Shown: positions 1-9,751 of the stretch, piece by piece
Layout of the letters: the number at the start of each line of letters is the position of its first letter
Numbering within the stretch: position 1 is the first letter of the stretch
Origin: an uncultured Eubacteriales bacterium
GTDB lineage: Bacteria > Bacillota > Clostridia > Lachnospirales > Lachnospiraceae
Direction: 5' to 3'
Assembly: GCA_900316115.1 (NCBI GenBank)
Contig: ONBN01000005.1
Coordinates: 3,165-67,164, forward strand
DNA: 64,000 nt
Program-made: the position numbers and the translations under genes
Notes under the pieces: generated by a model
The model's database searches: none
Told to the model about the DNA's origin: nothing
Seen by the model: the letters and a program-made list of their open reading frames with translations, nothing else

Positions 1-609
1 GGACTTGACAAAGACAACTCCAAGGTGATCGTTTGCCACCTGGGCAATGGTTCTTCCATCAGTGCTGTACAGAACGGCAAATGTGTGGATACAACCATGG
101 GTCTTACTCCTCTTGAAGGTGTTGTAATGGGTACACGTTCCGGTAACATTGACCCGGCTATCGTTGAATACATTGCAAAGAAAGAGAACCTGGATCTTGC
201 AGGTGTTATGAACGTACTGAATAAGAAATCCGGTCTTCAGGGTATGTCCGGTGTATCCAGTGATATGCGTGACCTGAGAGCAGCAGCTGCAGAGGGCAAT
301 GAAGACGCTAAGAATGCCATCGAGGTTCTTTGCTATGGCATTGCCAAGTTTGTCGGCGGCTATGTGGCAGCTATGAATGGTGTAGATGCTATCGTATTTA
401 CTGCAGGTATTGGCGAGAATGTAGGCATGATCCGTGAAAAGGTATGCTCATATCTTGGATTCCTTGGCGTTAAGCTGGATGCAGAAGCAAACGAGGCAAT
501 GGGAGAGGAAGTAGTGATCTCCGTTGCTGATTCTACTGTAAAGGTTGCAGTTATTCCTACCAACGAAGAGCTGGCAATCTGCCGTGATACAGTTGCTCTT
601 GTTAAATAA
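1..609 (+). CDS. ackA: Acetate kinase, 3' part (starts upstream of the window)
   Basis: Frame open from base 1; [34 protein letters not shown] and IPTNEE motifs. Confidence 0.97.
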   Translation, partial: GLDKDNSKVIVCHLGNGSSISAVQNGKCVDTTMGLTPLEGVVMGTRSGNIDPAIVEYIAKKENLDLAGVMNVLNKKSGLQGMSGVSSDMRDLRAAAAEGNEDAKNAIEVLCYGIAKFVGGYVAAMNGVDAIVFTAGIGENVGMIREKVCSYLGFLGVKLDAEANEAMGEEVVISVADSTVKVAVIPTNEELAICRDTVALVK

Positions 610-632
610 TTCCATGCAGCATTCTTAAGAAT

Positions 633-667
633 AAATGGGGATGTGCCTTGGGCAGATCCCCATTTTT
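633..667 (+). terminator. Intrinsic terminator after ackA
   Basis: AAATGGGGAT...ATCCCCATTTTT stem plus T-tract. Confidence 0.8.
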
Positions 668-731
668 ATGACTGTTACAGCAAATTTCATAAAATGCAAC
701 ATTTTTTTCATAAAAAGCCGCAATTTATACG

Positions 732-760
732 TTGACAAAATACAAAGCCAACGGTATAAT
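732..760 (+). promoter_or_regulatory. Sigma-A promoter for yceD-rpmF
   Basis: TTGACA, 17 bp, TATAAT (perfect consensus). Confidence 0.9.
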
Positions 761-786
761 TGATTGAGTGTGGATAGGAGATAATT

Positions 787-1314
787 ATGCGGATTCATTT
801 GTCAGATATTTCATCCAGTGAAGGTAAGTGCATACAGCAGTCTGTCCCTTTTGAGATGGATCAGATTACTTTTCAGACAGGTACATTTCCTGTTCTGGCT
901 AAGGAGCCGGTTGAGCTTAGTATTACCAATACCGGAGACCGGGTTCTGGAGTTGACAGGTCATGGACAGATTACAGTGTCTATTCCCTGCGACAGATGTC
1001 TGGAGGAAGTTTCAGTAGATATTCCTTTTCAGATCCAGAGAAAGCTGGATATGAAGCTTACGGAAGAAGAACGGATAAATGATCTGGATGAGAGCAGCTA
1101 TCTCACAGGTATGGACCTGGATGTGGACCAATTGGTCTATCTTGAGGTACTGATGGGCTGGCCCTTAAAGGTTTTATGCAGAGAGGATTGCAAAGGTATC
1201 TGCAGCCAATGTGGGAAAAACCTCAATGACGGTCCCTGCGGATGTGTGGAGGAGCCTAAGGATCCCCGCATGGCAGCTATCAGTGATATATTCAGTAAAT
1301 TTAAGGAGGTGTAA
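787..1314 (+). CDS. yceD: DUF177/YceD family protein
   Basis: CDRCL and C-terminal CREDCKGICSQCG...DPRMAAI motifs; directly upstream of rpmF. Confidence 0.92.
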   Translation: MRIHLSDISSSEGKCIQQSVPFEMDQITFQTGTFPVLAKEPVELSITNTGDRVLELTGHGQITVSIPCDRCLEEVSVDIPFQIQRKLDMKLTEEERINDLDESSYLTGMDLDVDQLVYLEVLMGWPLKVLCREDCKGICSQCGKNLNDGPCGCVEEPKDPRMAAISDIFSKFKEV

Positions 1315-1317
1315 CCA

Positions 1318-1500
1318 ATGTCCATCTGCCCAAAGAATAAATCTTCCAAAGCAAGACGTGATAAGAGAAGAGCAAACTGGAAAATGAGCGCTCCGAATCT
1401 TGTAAAATGCAGCAAATGTGGTGCTCTGATGATGCCGCACAGAGTTTGCAAGGCTTGTGGAAGCTATAACAAAAAAGAGATCATTAAGGTTGAAGACTAA
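1318..1500 (+). CDS. rpmF: 50S ribosomal protein L32 (zinc-ribbon form)
   Basis: 60 aa basic protein; PKNKSSKARRDKRR, CSKC...HRVCKACG. Confidence 0.97.
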   Translation: MSICPKNKSSKARRDKRRANWKMSAPNLVKCSKCGALMMPHRVCKACGSYNKKEIIKVED

Positions 1501-1522
1501 TTCAACACTGCAGAAGCGGTTC

Positions 1523-1593
1523 AAGGGGCTGTGGCATTAACAGCGGACATGGATAAGAAGTATTCATGGCTGATGTTAATGCAGCAGCCCCTT
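1523..1593. repeat. Inverted repeat with GGGGCTG arms, probable rpmF terminator
   Basis: AAGGGGCTGTGGCATTAACA versus TGTTAATGCAGCAGCCCCTT, 18 of 20 complementary. Confidence 0.75.
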
Positions 1594-1618
1594 GTTTTTG
1601 ACAAAAAAGGGGGTACAT

Positions 1619-2983
1619 ATGGAGAAGCAGGCAAAAACTTCGGTGAATCAGATCACAGAAGGGGTGATCTGGAAACAGCTGCTGTTATTTTTCTTTCCAA
1701 TTGTGTTTGGTACATTTTTTCAGCAGATCTATAATACGGCAGATACCATTGTAGTAGGCCGTTTTGTGGGAAAACAGGCGCTGGCCGCTGTTGGCGGTTC
1801 CACCACTGTGATCGTGAACCTGGCGGTAGGTTTGTTTGTAGGTCTGTCCTCTGGAGCATCTGTGATCATTGCACAGTATTATGGGGCAAAGGATAGCAGC
1901 AGTCTGGAGAAAACCCTGCACACAGCATTTGCGTTTTCCATTATCGGAAGCATTGTGCTGGGAGTTTTTGGTTATGCAGGCTCCAGGTGGATGCTGCAGA
2001 TCATGGATACACCTGTAGACGTACTGGAGGATTCTGTATTATATCTGCATATTTATTTTATTGGTATGCTTTTTAATCTTCTGTACAATATGGGCGCAGG
2101 GATCCTGCGTGCGGTAGGGGATTCCAGACGGCCTTTATATGTATTGATCATTACATGTATAGTAAATATCATCCTGGATCTCCTTCTTGTGATCGGATTT
2201 GGCCTTGGCGTCCTTGGCGTGGCAGCTGCAACTGTGATCTCCCAGGCTATCAGTGCAGCCATTGTGGTGGCAATGCTGTTGAAAACAAAAGAAAGCTACC
2301 GGCTGATCCCGTCTCGGATACGCTTTCACAATCGTTATCTGAAAGCTTTTCTTGGGATCGGGATACCGGCAGCTCTTGAATCTACCATGTATAATGTGTC
2401 AAATGTGATCATCCAGGTGTTTGTGAATAAGCTGGGTACGGATACAGTGGCAGCCTGGGGAACTTTAAGCAAGATTGACGCTTTTTTCTGGATGGTGCTG
2501 AATGCGTTCAGCATATCCATAACAACATTTGTGGGACAAAATTACGGAGCCGGAAAATTTAAAAGAATGAAAAAAAGTGTGCGGGTCTGTATGGTCATGG
2601 CTATGATCTCCTCTGTTGTCATCAGCGGTGCTATCATGCTCTTCGGAAAACAGATCTTCGGGCTTTTTACTTCGGATCAGAAGGTGCTTCAGATCGGAGT
2701 ACATATGATCTTCCGTATGCTTCCGGCTTATTCCGTATTTGTGGTGATCAGCATCCTGTCCGGTGCGCTCCGTGGTGCAGGAAAGGTGCTGATCCCTATG
2801 GTACTCACCTGTGGAGGTGTATGTACACTCAGGATCCTGTGGCTGTTTACCATGGTACCCAGATATCCTGGAATCGACACCATTATGCTCAGTTATCCAA
2901 TTTCCTGGAGCATTACCGCAGTGTTGTTTGTGATTTATTATTTCAAAAGATTTCCTCAGAGCTATCCAGCAGGGAAAGCTTAA
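1619..2983 (+). CDS. MATE family efflux transporter (454 aa)
   Basis: QQIYNTADTIVVG, ALAAVGG, GILRAVGDSRRP; about 12 hydrophobic segments; ATG 1619 follows a GGGGG RBS. Confidence 0.93.
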   Translation: MEKQAKTSVNQITEGVIWKQLLLFFFPIVFGTFFQQIYNTADTIVVGRFVGKQALAAVGGSTTVIVNLAVGLFVGLSSGASVIIAQYYGAKDSSSLEKTLHTAFAFSIIGSIVLGVFGYAGSRWMLQIMDTPVDVLEDSVLYLHIYFIGMLFNLLYNMGAGILRAVGDSRRPLYVLIITCIVNIILDLLLVIGFGLGVLGVAAATVISQAISAAIVVAMLLKTKESYRLIPSRIRFHNRYLKAFLGIGIPAALESTMYNVSNVIIQVFVNKLGTDTVAAWGTLSKIDAFFWMVLNAFSISITTFVGQNYGAGKFKRMKKSVRVCMVMAMISSVVISGAIMLFGKQIFGLFTSDQKVLQIGVHMIFRMLPAYSVFVVISILSGALRGAGKVLIPMVLTCGGVCTLRILWLFTMVPRYPGIDTIMLSYPISWSITAVLFVIYYFKRFPQSYPAGKA

Positions 2984-4818
2984 TCCTGGAACTGGTTTTT
3001 TAATCTGTGGTTCAGATTCTTTATCAGGTGAGGAACAGGTTTTACCACTTCACGGTTGTAAGTAAGGATTCCGTTCACCTCTTCCTCTACATCGGATAAC
3101 TGGGTATACACAGATGCAGAAATGCCTTTTGGAACAGCTGGAAAAAGTGTGTTAAGGAACAGGCCTTTTATCCCTTTGGTAAGGGCATCCCGGCTGCTGA
3201 ATTTCTTATAACCATAGGTTTTGCTGCAGGAGCTGTGTTCCGGGATCCTGTAGGAATAACCGCCAAATTCGGACAAAGCCATTACCCGGCGTTCTTTTCT
3301 GGGGAGTGGAAGGCTGAAGAAATAGTAATGGATGCTCTTTATATCTCCGCAGTTCTGGTCAAACCAGCCGCTGGCAGGGTCTACCAGTCTGGAGGAATCC
3401 AGTTTTTGGATCATTTCTGACACTTTTTTTGTAGAAAACTGTCCCCAGCCTTCATTAAAGGGAACCCAGCATATAATGGAAGGATGGTTATAAAGCGCTT
3501 TGATGGTCTGCCTGGTTTCCTGTATAAATTCCTGTCTGCCCTCATAACTCCTTCTGGAAAGAAGAAGGTGACAGTGATCCTTTACAGGAATACGAAGATA
3601 ATTCATAAGAGTTGCCAGATATGTAACAAACCAGGACTGATAGGTGGTGCCGCCGTTTACCATATCCTGCCATACCAGCATACCCATACGGTCACAGTGG
3701 AAGTACCACCGGTCGGCTTCTATTTTCCCATGCTTGCGAAGCATGTTAAAGCCCAGATCCTTCATAGCCTGGATATCATAGATCAAAGCCTGATCAGAAG
3801 GGGCAGTGTACAGCCCGTCTGGCCAATATCCCTGATCCAGCACTCCTGTCTGGAAAACCGGGTGATCGTTCAGGAAGAACCGGGGGATCCCTTTTTTGTC
3901 TGGCTGAACGTCCAGCTTACGCATGGCAAAATAAGTAAAGACCTGATCTTGTCCATAGCAGATCTTTACAGGATAAAGAAGGGGTGAGTCTGGATTCCAG
4001 GGAACAGGATCCTTTACAGGGATGCAGGCTGTTTTCCCTGGTGTAATCGTTCCCTCCCAGAGAAGCTGCTGGCATACCTTTTCCGTGACTCCCTGTTCAG
4101 AAAGAAGGCAGGGAGCATAAATCTGGCACAGGGCTGATGGATTACAGTCAGAGCCAGTGGTTTGTATTTTCAGGGAAAGGCTTTGCTGACCAAGGTCAGG
4201 AGTCAGCTTCAGGGCTTTTATGTGACCCGAAGGAACCTTTTCCAGCCATACAGTCTGCCAGATGCCGCTTTGAGCGGTATAAAACATGCCGCCGGGTATA
4301 AGCTTCTGTTTCCCGCGGCTGTGATAAGATGTATCGCTGAAATCCCGCACTGCCACCAGAAGATGCAGTTTTGGGGAACTGGCGGCAAACCTGGTGATAT
4401 CCAGAGTAAATGGCAGATATCCGCCTTTGTGATATCCGGCGTGATGGCCGTTTACGTAAACTGTGCAGATCTGATCTACGGCTCCAAAATGTAAAAGCAG
4501 CCGGTCTGTGGTTTCATTTACAGTATCCCAGGGCAGAAGAACTGTCAGGGAATACCACATTGTTTCTTCTGGCTGCAGCTGACGCATCACACCGGAAAGA
4601 GGTGCTTCCGGTGAAAAGGGTACACGGATCTGTCCCTGGAATGGGAAGGAATCCGGATCTTCAAAGTTAGCGGGGGTGATTCGTTTGTCTGTTATGATAT
4701 AATCCCAGATGCCATTCAGGCAGACCCATTCGTTTCGTACCATCATGGGTCTTGGGTATTCCTGCAGTGTTTCGCCGGATGCTGCCTGGGCGCTCCAGCG
4801 GGTTGTAAGTATGTTCAT
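2980..4818 (-). CDS. Glycoside hydrolase family 2 (beta-galactosidase/glucuronidase-like)
   Basis: QEYPRP, LHFGAVD, SGIWQTVWLE, GFNMLRKH, WVPFNEGWGQ (acid/base Glu), LSEFGG (nucleophile). Confidence 0.92.
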   Translation of the reverse strand: MNILTTRWSAQAASGETLQEYPRPMMVRNEWVCLNGIWDYIITDKRITPANFEDPDSFPFQGQIRVPFSPEAPLSGVMRQLQPEETMWYSLTVLLPWDTVNETTDRLLLHFGAVDQICTVYVNGHHAGYHKGGYLPFTLDITRFAASSPKLHLLVAVRDFSDTSYHSRGKQKLIPGGMFYTAQSGIWQTVWLEKVPSGHIKALKLTPDLGQQSLSLKIQTTGSDCNPSALCQIYAPCLLSEQGVTEKVCQQLLWEGTITPGKTACIPVKDPVPWNPDSPLLYPVKICYGQDQVFTYFAMRKLDVQPDKKGIPRFFLNDHPVFQTGVLDQGYWPDGLYTAPSDQALIYDIQAMKDLGFNMLRKHGKIEADRWYFHCDRMGMLVWQDMVNGGTTYQSWFVTYLATLMNYLRIPVKDHCHLLLSRRSYEGRQEFIQETRQTIKALYNHPSIICWVPFNEGWGQFSTKKVSEMIQKLDSSRLVDPASGWFDQNCGDIKSIHYYFFSLPLPRKERRVMALSEFGGYSYRIPEHSSCSKTYGYKKFSSRDALTKGIKGLFLNTLFPAVPKGISASVYTQLSDVEEEVNGILTYNREVVKPVPHLIKNLNHRLKNQFQD

Positions 4819-4929
4819 GGTATGATACCTCCTGTGTTTCCAGTATATACGCAGGGGCGGGGGGATTTCAATGTTTTTCTGCGCTGCAGATACAGCAAAA
4901 CAATCATCGTGGAGTTTATTTTTATTTTT

Positions 4930-5121
4930 TGTTGCCTTCTGCAGAAAAGATATGTTTATATATCAGGGCTTCGTTTTCGGATTTCTCCCGCGCGCTTATT
5001 ATCCCCAAGATTTGCAAAACTCGCTTCGCTCAGACAATGCAAATCTTGGAGAAGCTAGCGCAGTCGAAATCTACGAAAGCCTCGCATGATATATAACCAA
5101 GATCTTTTCTGCAAGGCAACA
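4930..5121. repeat. About 190-bp nested palindromic element (REP/MITE-like)
   Basis: Outer IR TGTTGCCTTCTGCAGAAAAGAT / ATCTTTTCTGCAAGGCAACA; inner IR CCAAGATTTGCA / TGCAAATCTTGG. Confidence 0.8.
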
Positions 5122-5332
5122 GATATACGTATTAGCTGCCGATGGTTGTTTTACAGTATCTGTCTATAATGGGCAGAATCGTATGATTAAGTAGGGTAAT
5201 CGTTCGGATTACGGATGGGATTAGCAGTTGACTTTCATATATGGTGATGTGGCCGGTTAGTTAAAGAAGTGGAAAAAATAAAGGGTATGTGGTAGGATAA
5301 GAATGTTCAGATCATAGCGAGGAGTTTTTAGG

Positions 5333-7147
5333 ATGAATATATTAAATATAGAACATATCAGCAAGGTATATGGTGAGAAGGTGATTTTTGATGACATATC
5401 CTGTGGGATACAGGAAGGGGAAAAGATCGGGATCATCGGCATCAATGGCACAGGAAAAAGTACCCTTCTGAAGATCCTGGCAGGGCTGGAAGAAGGAGAT
5501 TCAGGACAGGTGATCATGCAGAATGGTGTCCGCATGGCATACCTGCCCCAGAATCCACAGTTCCCAGCAGATAGTACAGTGCTGGACTATGTGGCGGAAG
5601 GAAGATGGCACAAGGAGTGGGGCACAGAAAATGAAGCCGGAAATGTGCTGAACAAGCTGGGGCTGACAGATCATCAGGCCAAGATCTCCACCATGTCCGG
5701 AGGACAGAAGAAACGGGCAGCACTTGCCAGGATCCTTGTGAATCCGGCAGATATCCTGATCCTGGATGAGCCTACCAACCATCTGGATGGGGAAATGGTA
5801 TCCTGGCTGGAGGATTATCTGATCCGGTTTAAAGGAGTACTGATCATGGTAACACATGACAGATATTTCCTTGACCGGGTGTCTAACAGGATCCTGGAAA
5901 TCAGCCATGGAAGCCTGTATTCTTACCAGGCGAATTATTCCAAATTCCTGGAGCTGAAGGCCCAGAGAGAAGAAATGGAATTAGCCAGTGACCGGAAGCG
6001 CCGCAGTATCCTGAGAATGGAACTGGAATGGGCAAAGCGGGGATGCAGGGCCAGAAGTACAAAGCAAAGAGCAAGGCTGGAGCGTCTGGAAGCCCTGAAA
6101 AATGGTACCACACCTCAGGCAGAACAGACTGTGGAGATGGATTCCGTAGAAACAAGAATGGGGAAAAAGACCATTCTTCTCCATCATCTTACAAAGCGGT
6201 ATCAGGATAAGGTTCTGGTAAATGATTTTGATTATATAGTACTTAGAGGGCAGAGACTTGGGATCATTGGCCCTAATGGCTGTGGGAAATCCACACTGAT
6301 CCGTATGATTGCAGGGGTAGTGCAGCCAGATCAGGGAGAAGTGGAGGTGGGTGAAACCATCCGGATAGGATATTTTGCCCAGGAAGTACCTGATATGGAC
6401 AGTAACCAGCGTGTGATCGATTATATCCGGGATGTGGCTGAATATATCCCTACCAGGGATGGCAAGATCACCGCCTCTATGATGCTGGAACGATTTCTTT
6501 TTGACCCGGCCATGCAGTATACCCCGATCCAGAAGCTGTCAGGAGGGGAGAAAAGGCGCTTATATCTTCTGAAGGTTCTTATGGAAGCACCAAATGTGCT
6601 GCTTCTGGACGAGCCTGGCAATGATCTGGATATCCCTACACTGACCATACTGGAGGATTATCTGTCTTCCTTTAATGGGATTGTGATCACAGTGTCCCAC
6701 GACCGTTATTTTCTGGATAATGTGGTTGACCGGATTTTTGCTTTTGAAGGTGATGGCCACCTGGTACAGTATGAAGGCGGATATACAGATTATGTGAAGG
6801 CAAAGCAGGACAAAGCAGCACACATTTCTTCTGCAGCCCAGGAAAAGTCCGGGGAAGATAAAAAGAAGGCAGCAAAGGAATGGAAAAAGAGCCGCCCGGA
6901 AAAGCTGAAATTTTCTTTTAAAGAGCAAAGGGAATTTGAAACCATTGATGATGTGATCAGCGGACTGGAAGAAAAGATAGAGAACCTGGATCAGGAGATC
7001 CTGAAAAATGCCACCAATTCCTTAAAGCTGCAGGAGCTGATGAAGGAAAAGAATGAAACAGAAGCGCTTTTGGAAGAAAAAATGGACAGATGGGTTTACT
7101 TAAACGATCTTGCCCAGCGGATTGAAGAGGAAAAAGAAAATGGTTGA
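5333..7147 (+). CDS. uup: ABC-F ATPase, Uup/YfmR subfamily
   Basis: Two ABC cassettes (GINGTGKST, GPNGCGKST, LSGG, LDEP), no TM segments; linker ELEWAKRGCRARSTKQRAR; C-terminal coiled coil. Confidence 0.88.
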   Translation: MNILNIEHISKVYGEKVIFDDISCGIQEGEKIGIIGINGTGKSTLLKILAGLEEGDSGQVIMQNGVRMAYLPQNPQFPADSTVLDYVAEGRWHKEWGTENEAGNVLNKLGLTDHQAKISTMSGGQKKRAALARILVNPADILILDEPTNHLDGEMVSWLEDYLIRFKGVLIMVTHDRYFLDRVSNRILEISHGSLYSYQANYSKFLELKAQREEMELASDRKRRSILRMELEWAKRGCRARSTKQRARLERLEALKNGTTPQAEQTVEMDSVETRMGKKTILLHHLTKRYQDKVLVNDFDYIVLRGQRLGIIGPNGCGKSTLIRMIAGVVQPDQGEVEVGETIRIGYFAQEVPDMDSNQRVIDYIRDVAEYIPTRDGKITASMMLERFLFDPAMQYTPIQKLSGGEKRRLYLLKVLMEAPNVLLLDEPGNDLDIPTLTILEDYLSSFNGIVITVSHDRYFLDNVVDRIFAFEGDGHLVQYEGGYTDYVKAKQDKAAHISSAAQEKSGEDKKKAAKEWKKSRPEKLKFSFKEQREFETIDDVISGLEEKIENLDQEILKNATNSLKLQELMKEKNETEALLEEKMDRWVYLNDLAQRIEEEKENG

Positions 7148-8504
7148 TCCTAAAAGGATGCGGCAGATCCCCAAAATGGATCAGCTGATGGCTTCTGAAA
7201 CCGGCAGACAGCTTGCTGAGGATTACGGATATCAGGAAACCCTGCAGGCTGCAAGAACTGCAGCAGATCAGATACGGCAGGATCCAGGAAAAGATCCGGA
7301 AGATATTTTTAAAGATATCAGGGCCATTCTGCAAAAGCAGAAACGCAGGCATATGACCCATGTGATCAACGGTACAGGGGTGATCCTTCACACCAATCTG
7401 GGTCGTGCTCCTATTGGAGAAGAGTCTGCAGAGCATGTAGTCCGTCTGATGACTGGATATACCAACCTGGAGCTGAATCTGGAAACAGGAAAAAGAGGAA
7501 GCAGGCAGGCTTCTTTTGAACAGGATCTTAAGGTCCTTACAGGGGCTGAAGCAGTGGTGGCAGTAAATAACAATGCGGCTGCAGTACTTCTTATGCTTAC
7601 AGTATTGGCATCTGAACGGCAGGTCTGTGTTTCAAGAGGGGAACTGGTAGAAATCGGCGGGAAATTCAGGATCCCTGAGGTTATGGAGCAAAGCGGAGGA
7701 CGTCTTGTGGAGGTAGGTACTACAAACCGTACCTATCTGGAAGATTACACCGCTGCAGTTACAGAAGATACCGCTGCATTTCTGAAAGTACATACCAGTA
7801 ACTATCAGATCACAGGCTTTACTTGTGCGCCTTCTGTAAAAGAACTGGCAGAAGAGGCCCATAAGCGGATGCTGTATCTTCTGGTAGATCTGGGAAGCGG
7901 TGATCTTGGGTACATTTCCGGAACGGATCCGGAAAAAACAGTCAGGTCTGTGCTGGCTCAGGGAGCAGATCTGGTGGCTTTCAGCGGGGATAAACTGATG
8001 GGTGGCCCCCAGGCAGGAATCCTTGCAGGAAAAAAAGAACTGATCGCAAGGATAAAAAAGCATCCTCTGATGCGGGCACTAAGGATCGATAAATTCACAG
8101 CAGCAGTGCTGGATGAAACAGTAAGGCTGTATAAAGAATCTGAAGAAATGAAGATCCCGGTACTGGAAATGCTCAGCCGAAGCCAGGGGAAAATGGAAGA
8201 GATGGCAGGCATTTTATTAAAAAGCCTGAGAAATGAAGTGGGAAATCATGTACAGCTGCAGATCGTAGATACCCTGGGAACCACAGGGGGAGGAAGTATG
8301 CCAGGGAAAGACCTGCCAGGGAAAGGTTTTTCTATCCGTTCATCCAGATTATCTGTCATGGATTTGGAAGAGCGGCTTCGTCATAGTACGCCTCCTGTGA
8401 TCGGGAAGATCGAGAAAGACCAGGTAGTTCTGGATATGCGTACTATATTTCCAGGGGAACTGGAAGAACTGTCAGATGTAATAAAAAAAGTCCTTGCCGT
8501 TTAA
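7140..8504 (+). CDS. selA: L-seryl-tRNA(Sec) selenium transferase (454 aa)
   Basis: VINGTGVILHTNLGRAP, NNNAAAV, SRGELVEIGG, PLP-lysine motif FSGDKLMGGPQAG, LDMRT. Confidence 0.96.
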   Translation: MVDPKRMRQIPKMDQLMASETGRQLAEDYGYQETLQAARTAADQIRQDPGKDPEDIFKDIRAILQKQKRRHMTHVINGTGVILHTNLGRAPIGEESAEHVVRLMTGYTNLELNLETGKRGSRQASFEQDLKVLTGAEAVVAVNNNAAAVLLMLTVLASERQVCVSRGELVEIGGKFRIPEVMEQSGGRLVEVGTTNRTYLEDYTAAVTEDTAAFLKVHTSNYQITGFTCAPSVKELAEEAHKRMLYLLVDLGSGDLGYISGTDPEKTVRSVLAQGADLVAFSGDKLMGGPQAGILAGKKELIARIKKHPLMRALRIDKFTAAVLDETVRLYKESEEMKIPVLEMLSRSQGKMEEMAGILLKSLRNEVGNHVQLQIVDTLGTTGGGSMPGKDLPGKGFSIRSSRLSVMDLEERLRHSTPPVIGKIEKDQVVLDMRTIFPGELEELSDVIKKVLAV

Positions 8505-9061
8505 AATAAATATCCGGCAAGGATTCCAAGAATTGCTGAAAAAAGAATGATCAGGATGGGATGTACCTTTTTGATCCCCAGAAATAACATGATCACAAAG
8601 ATCACAGCAGACAGAAGAAAAGATGGCGTGGCTATTGTGGCAAGATCAAAGCCGGAAGGGAAAAAGACGGCAGATCCTGTGGTGATCACAGCAGAGCCGA
8701 TCAGACCGATCACAGCCGGCTTCAGACCGCTCATCAGTCCTTGTATCACCTGGCTGGAACGGAATTTTTCAAAGCATCCGGCCACAAGAAGGATGATGAT
8801 AAAAGATGGAAGAACCACTCCAAAGGTAGCACAAAGGGAACCAAGGAAGCCTGCAGCTTCCGCACCTACATAGGTGGATATATTGACAGCAAAAGAACCG
8901 GGAGTGCTTTCACTGACTGCAATAAAGTTCACCAGTTCTTCCAGGCTGATCCATCCATGGGACAGCACCTGTTCCTGTACAAGGGGAAGCATGGCATAAC
9001 CACCGCCAAAGGTGAACGCTCCTATTTTCAGAAATGTCCAGAATAATTCAAAGTAGATCAT
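8501..9061 (-). CDS. Short-chain chromate (CHR) transporter, subunit 2
   Basis: FLKIGAFTFGGGYAM, SESTPG, GLKPAVIG. Confidence 0.9.
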   Translation of the reverse strand: MIYFELFWTFLKIGAFTFGGGYAMLPLVQEQVLSHGWISLEELVNFIAVSESTPGSFAVNISTYVGAEAAGFLGSLCATFGVVLPSFIIILLVAGCFEKFRSSQVIQGLMSGLKPAVIGLIGSAVITTGSAVFFPSGFDLATIATPSFLLSAVIFVIMLFLGIKKVHPILIILFSAILGILAGYLF

Positions 9062-9642
9062 GGATTTGTCCTCCCATTCTTTTTCTGCACATGGACTTCA
9101 TTTGCGGAAAAAACAAGTCCAAGGATGGCGCAGAAAAGGATCACGATCAGGATATTGATCTTGAAAAAGACTACGCCGGCAAAGGAAAGTGCCATCAGCA
9201 CATAAGAGGGCAGATTTTTAGGACACTGCTTATACATGGATAGAAGTGCACGGATGATCAAAGCCAGCACACCTGCACGGATCCCGTTAAATGCATACTG
9301 GATCACTGTAAGGGATTCAAACTTCCGAAGGACAAATGAAATCCCAAGGATGATCAGGAAAGAAGGCAGGATCACACCTAAAGTGGCAAAGGATGCCCCC
9401 AAAAAGCCGCCTGTTTTATAGCCTACAAATGTGGCTGAATTTACAGCAATAGGTCCTGGTGTTGTTTCTGCAATAGCTACAATATCCAGGATATCCTCGT
9501 CAGAGATCCAGCCCTTTTTATCTACGATCTCACGCTGGATCAAAGGGATCATGGCATAACCGCCGCCAAAGGTGAAAAGGCCGATCTTAAAAAAAGTAAG
9601 AAAAAGAGAAAGTCTGTTGGAAGATTGTTTTTCTGAAATCAT
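9058..9642 (-). CDS. Short-chain chromate (CHR) transporter, subunit 1
   Basis: FFKIGLFTFGGGYAMIP, AETTPGPIAVN; 4-bp ATGA overlap with subunit 2. Confidence 0.9.
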   Translation of the reverse strand: MISEKQSSNRLSLFLTFFKIGLFTFGGGYAMIPLIQREIVDKKGWISDEDILDIVAIAETTPGPIAVNSATFVGYKTGGFLGASFATLGVILPSFLIILGISFVLRKFESLTVIQYAFNGIRAGVLALIIRALLSMYKQCPKNLPSYVLMALSFAGVVFFKINILIVILFCAILGLVFSANEVHVQKKNGRTNP

Positions 9643-9751
9643 GGATTACCTCTTTTTTCTGTTGGTATTTGGGAATTTGTTTACGTTCCATATCATAATG
9701 CCATGGTGGACAAATGTCAATGAATGGATGAAAGCCAGAGGAGGTGTGAGG

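Noticed and set aside
4822-5089. Small ORFs at 4822-5058 and 4871-5089
   Set aside because: They run through the palindromic element, have no RBS and have no protein-like features.
9572-9751. ORF-track start for selB at 9572
   Set aside because: It overlaps the CHR gene on the opposite strand; homology begins at MQYVTIG and a GGAGG RBS precedes ATG 9752.
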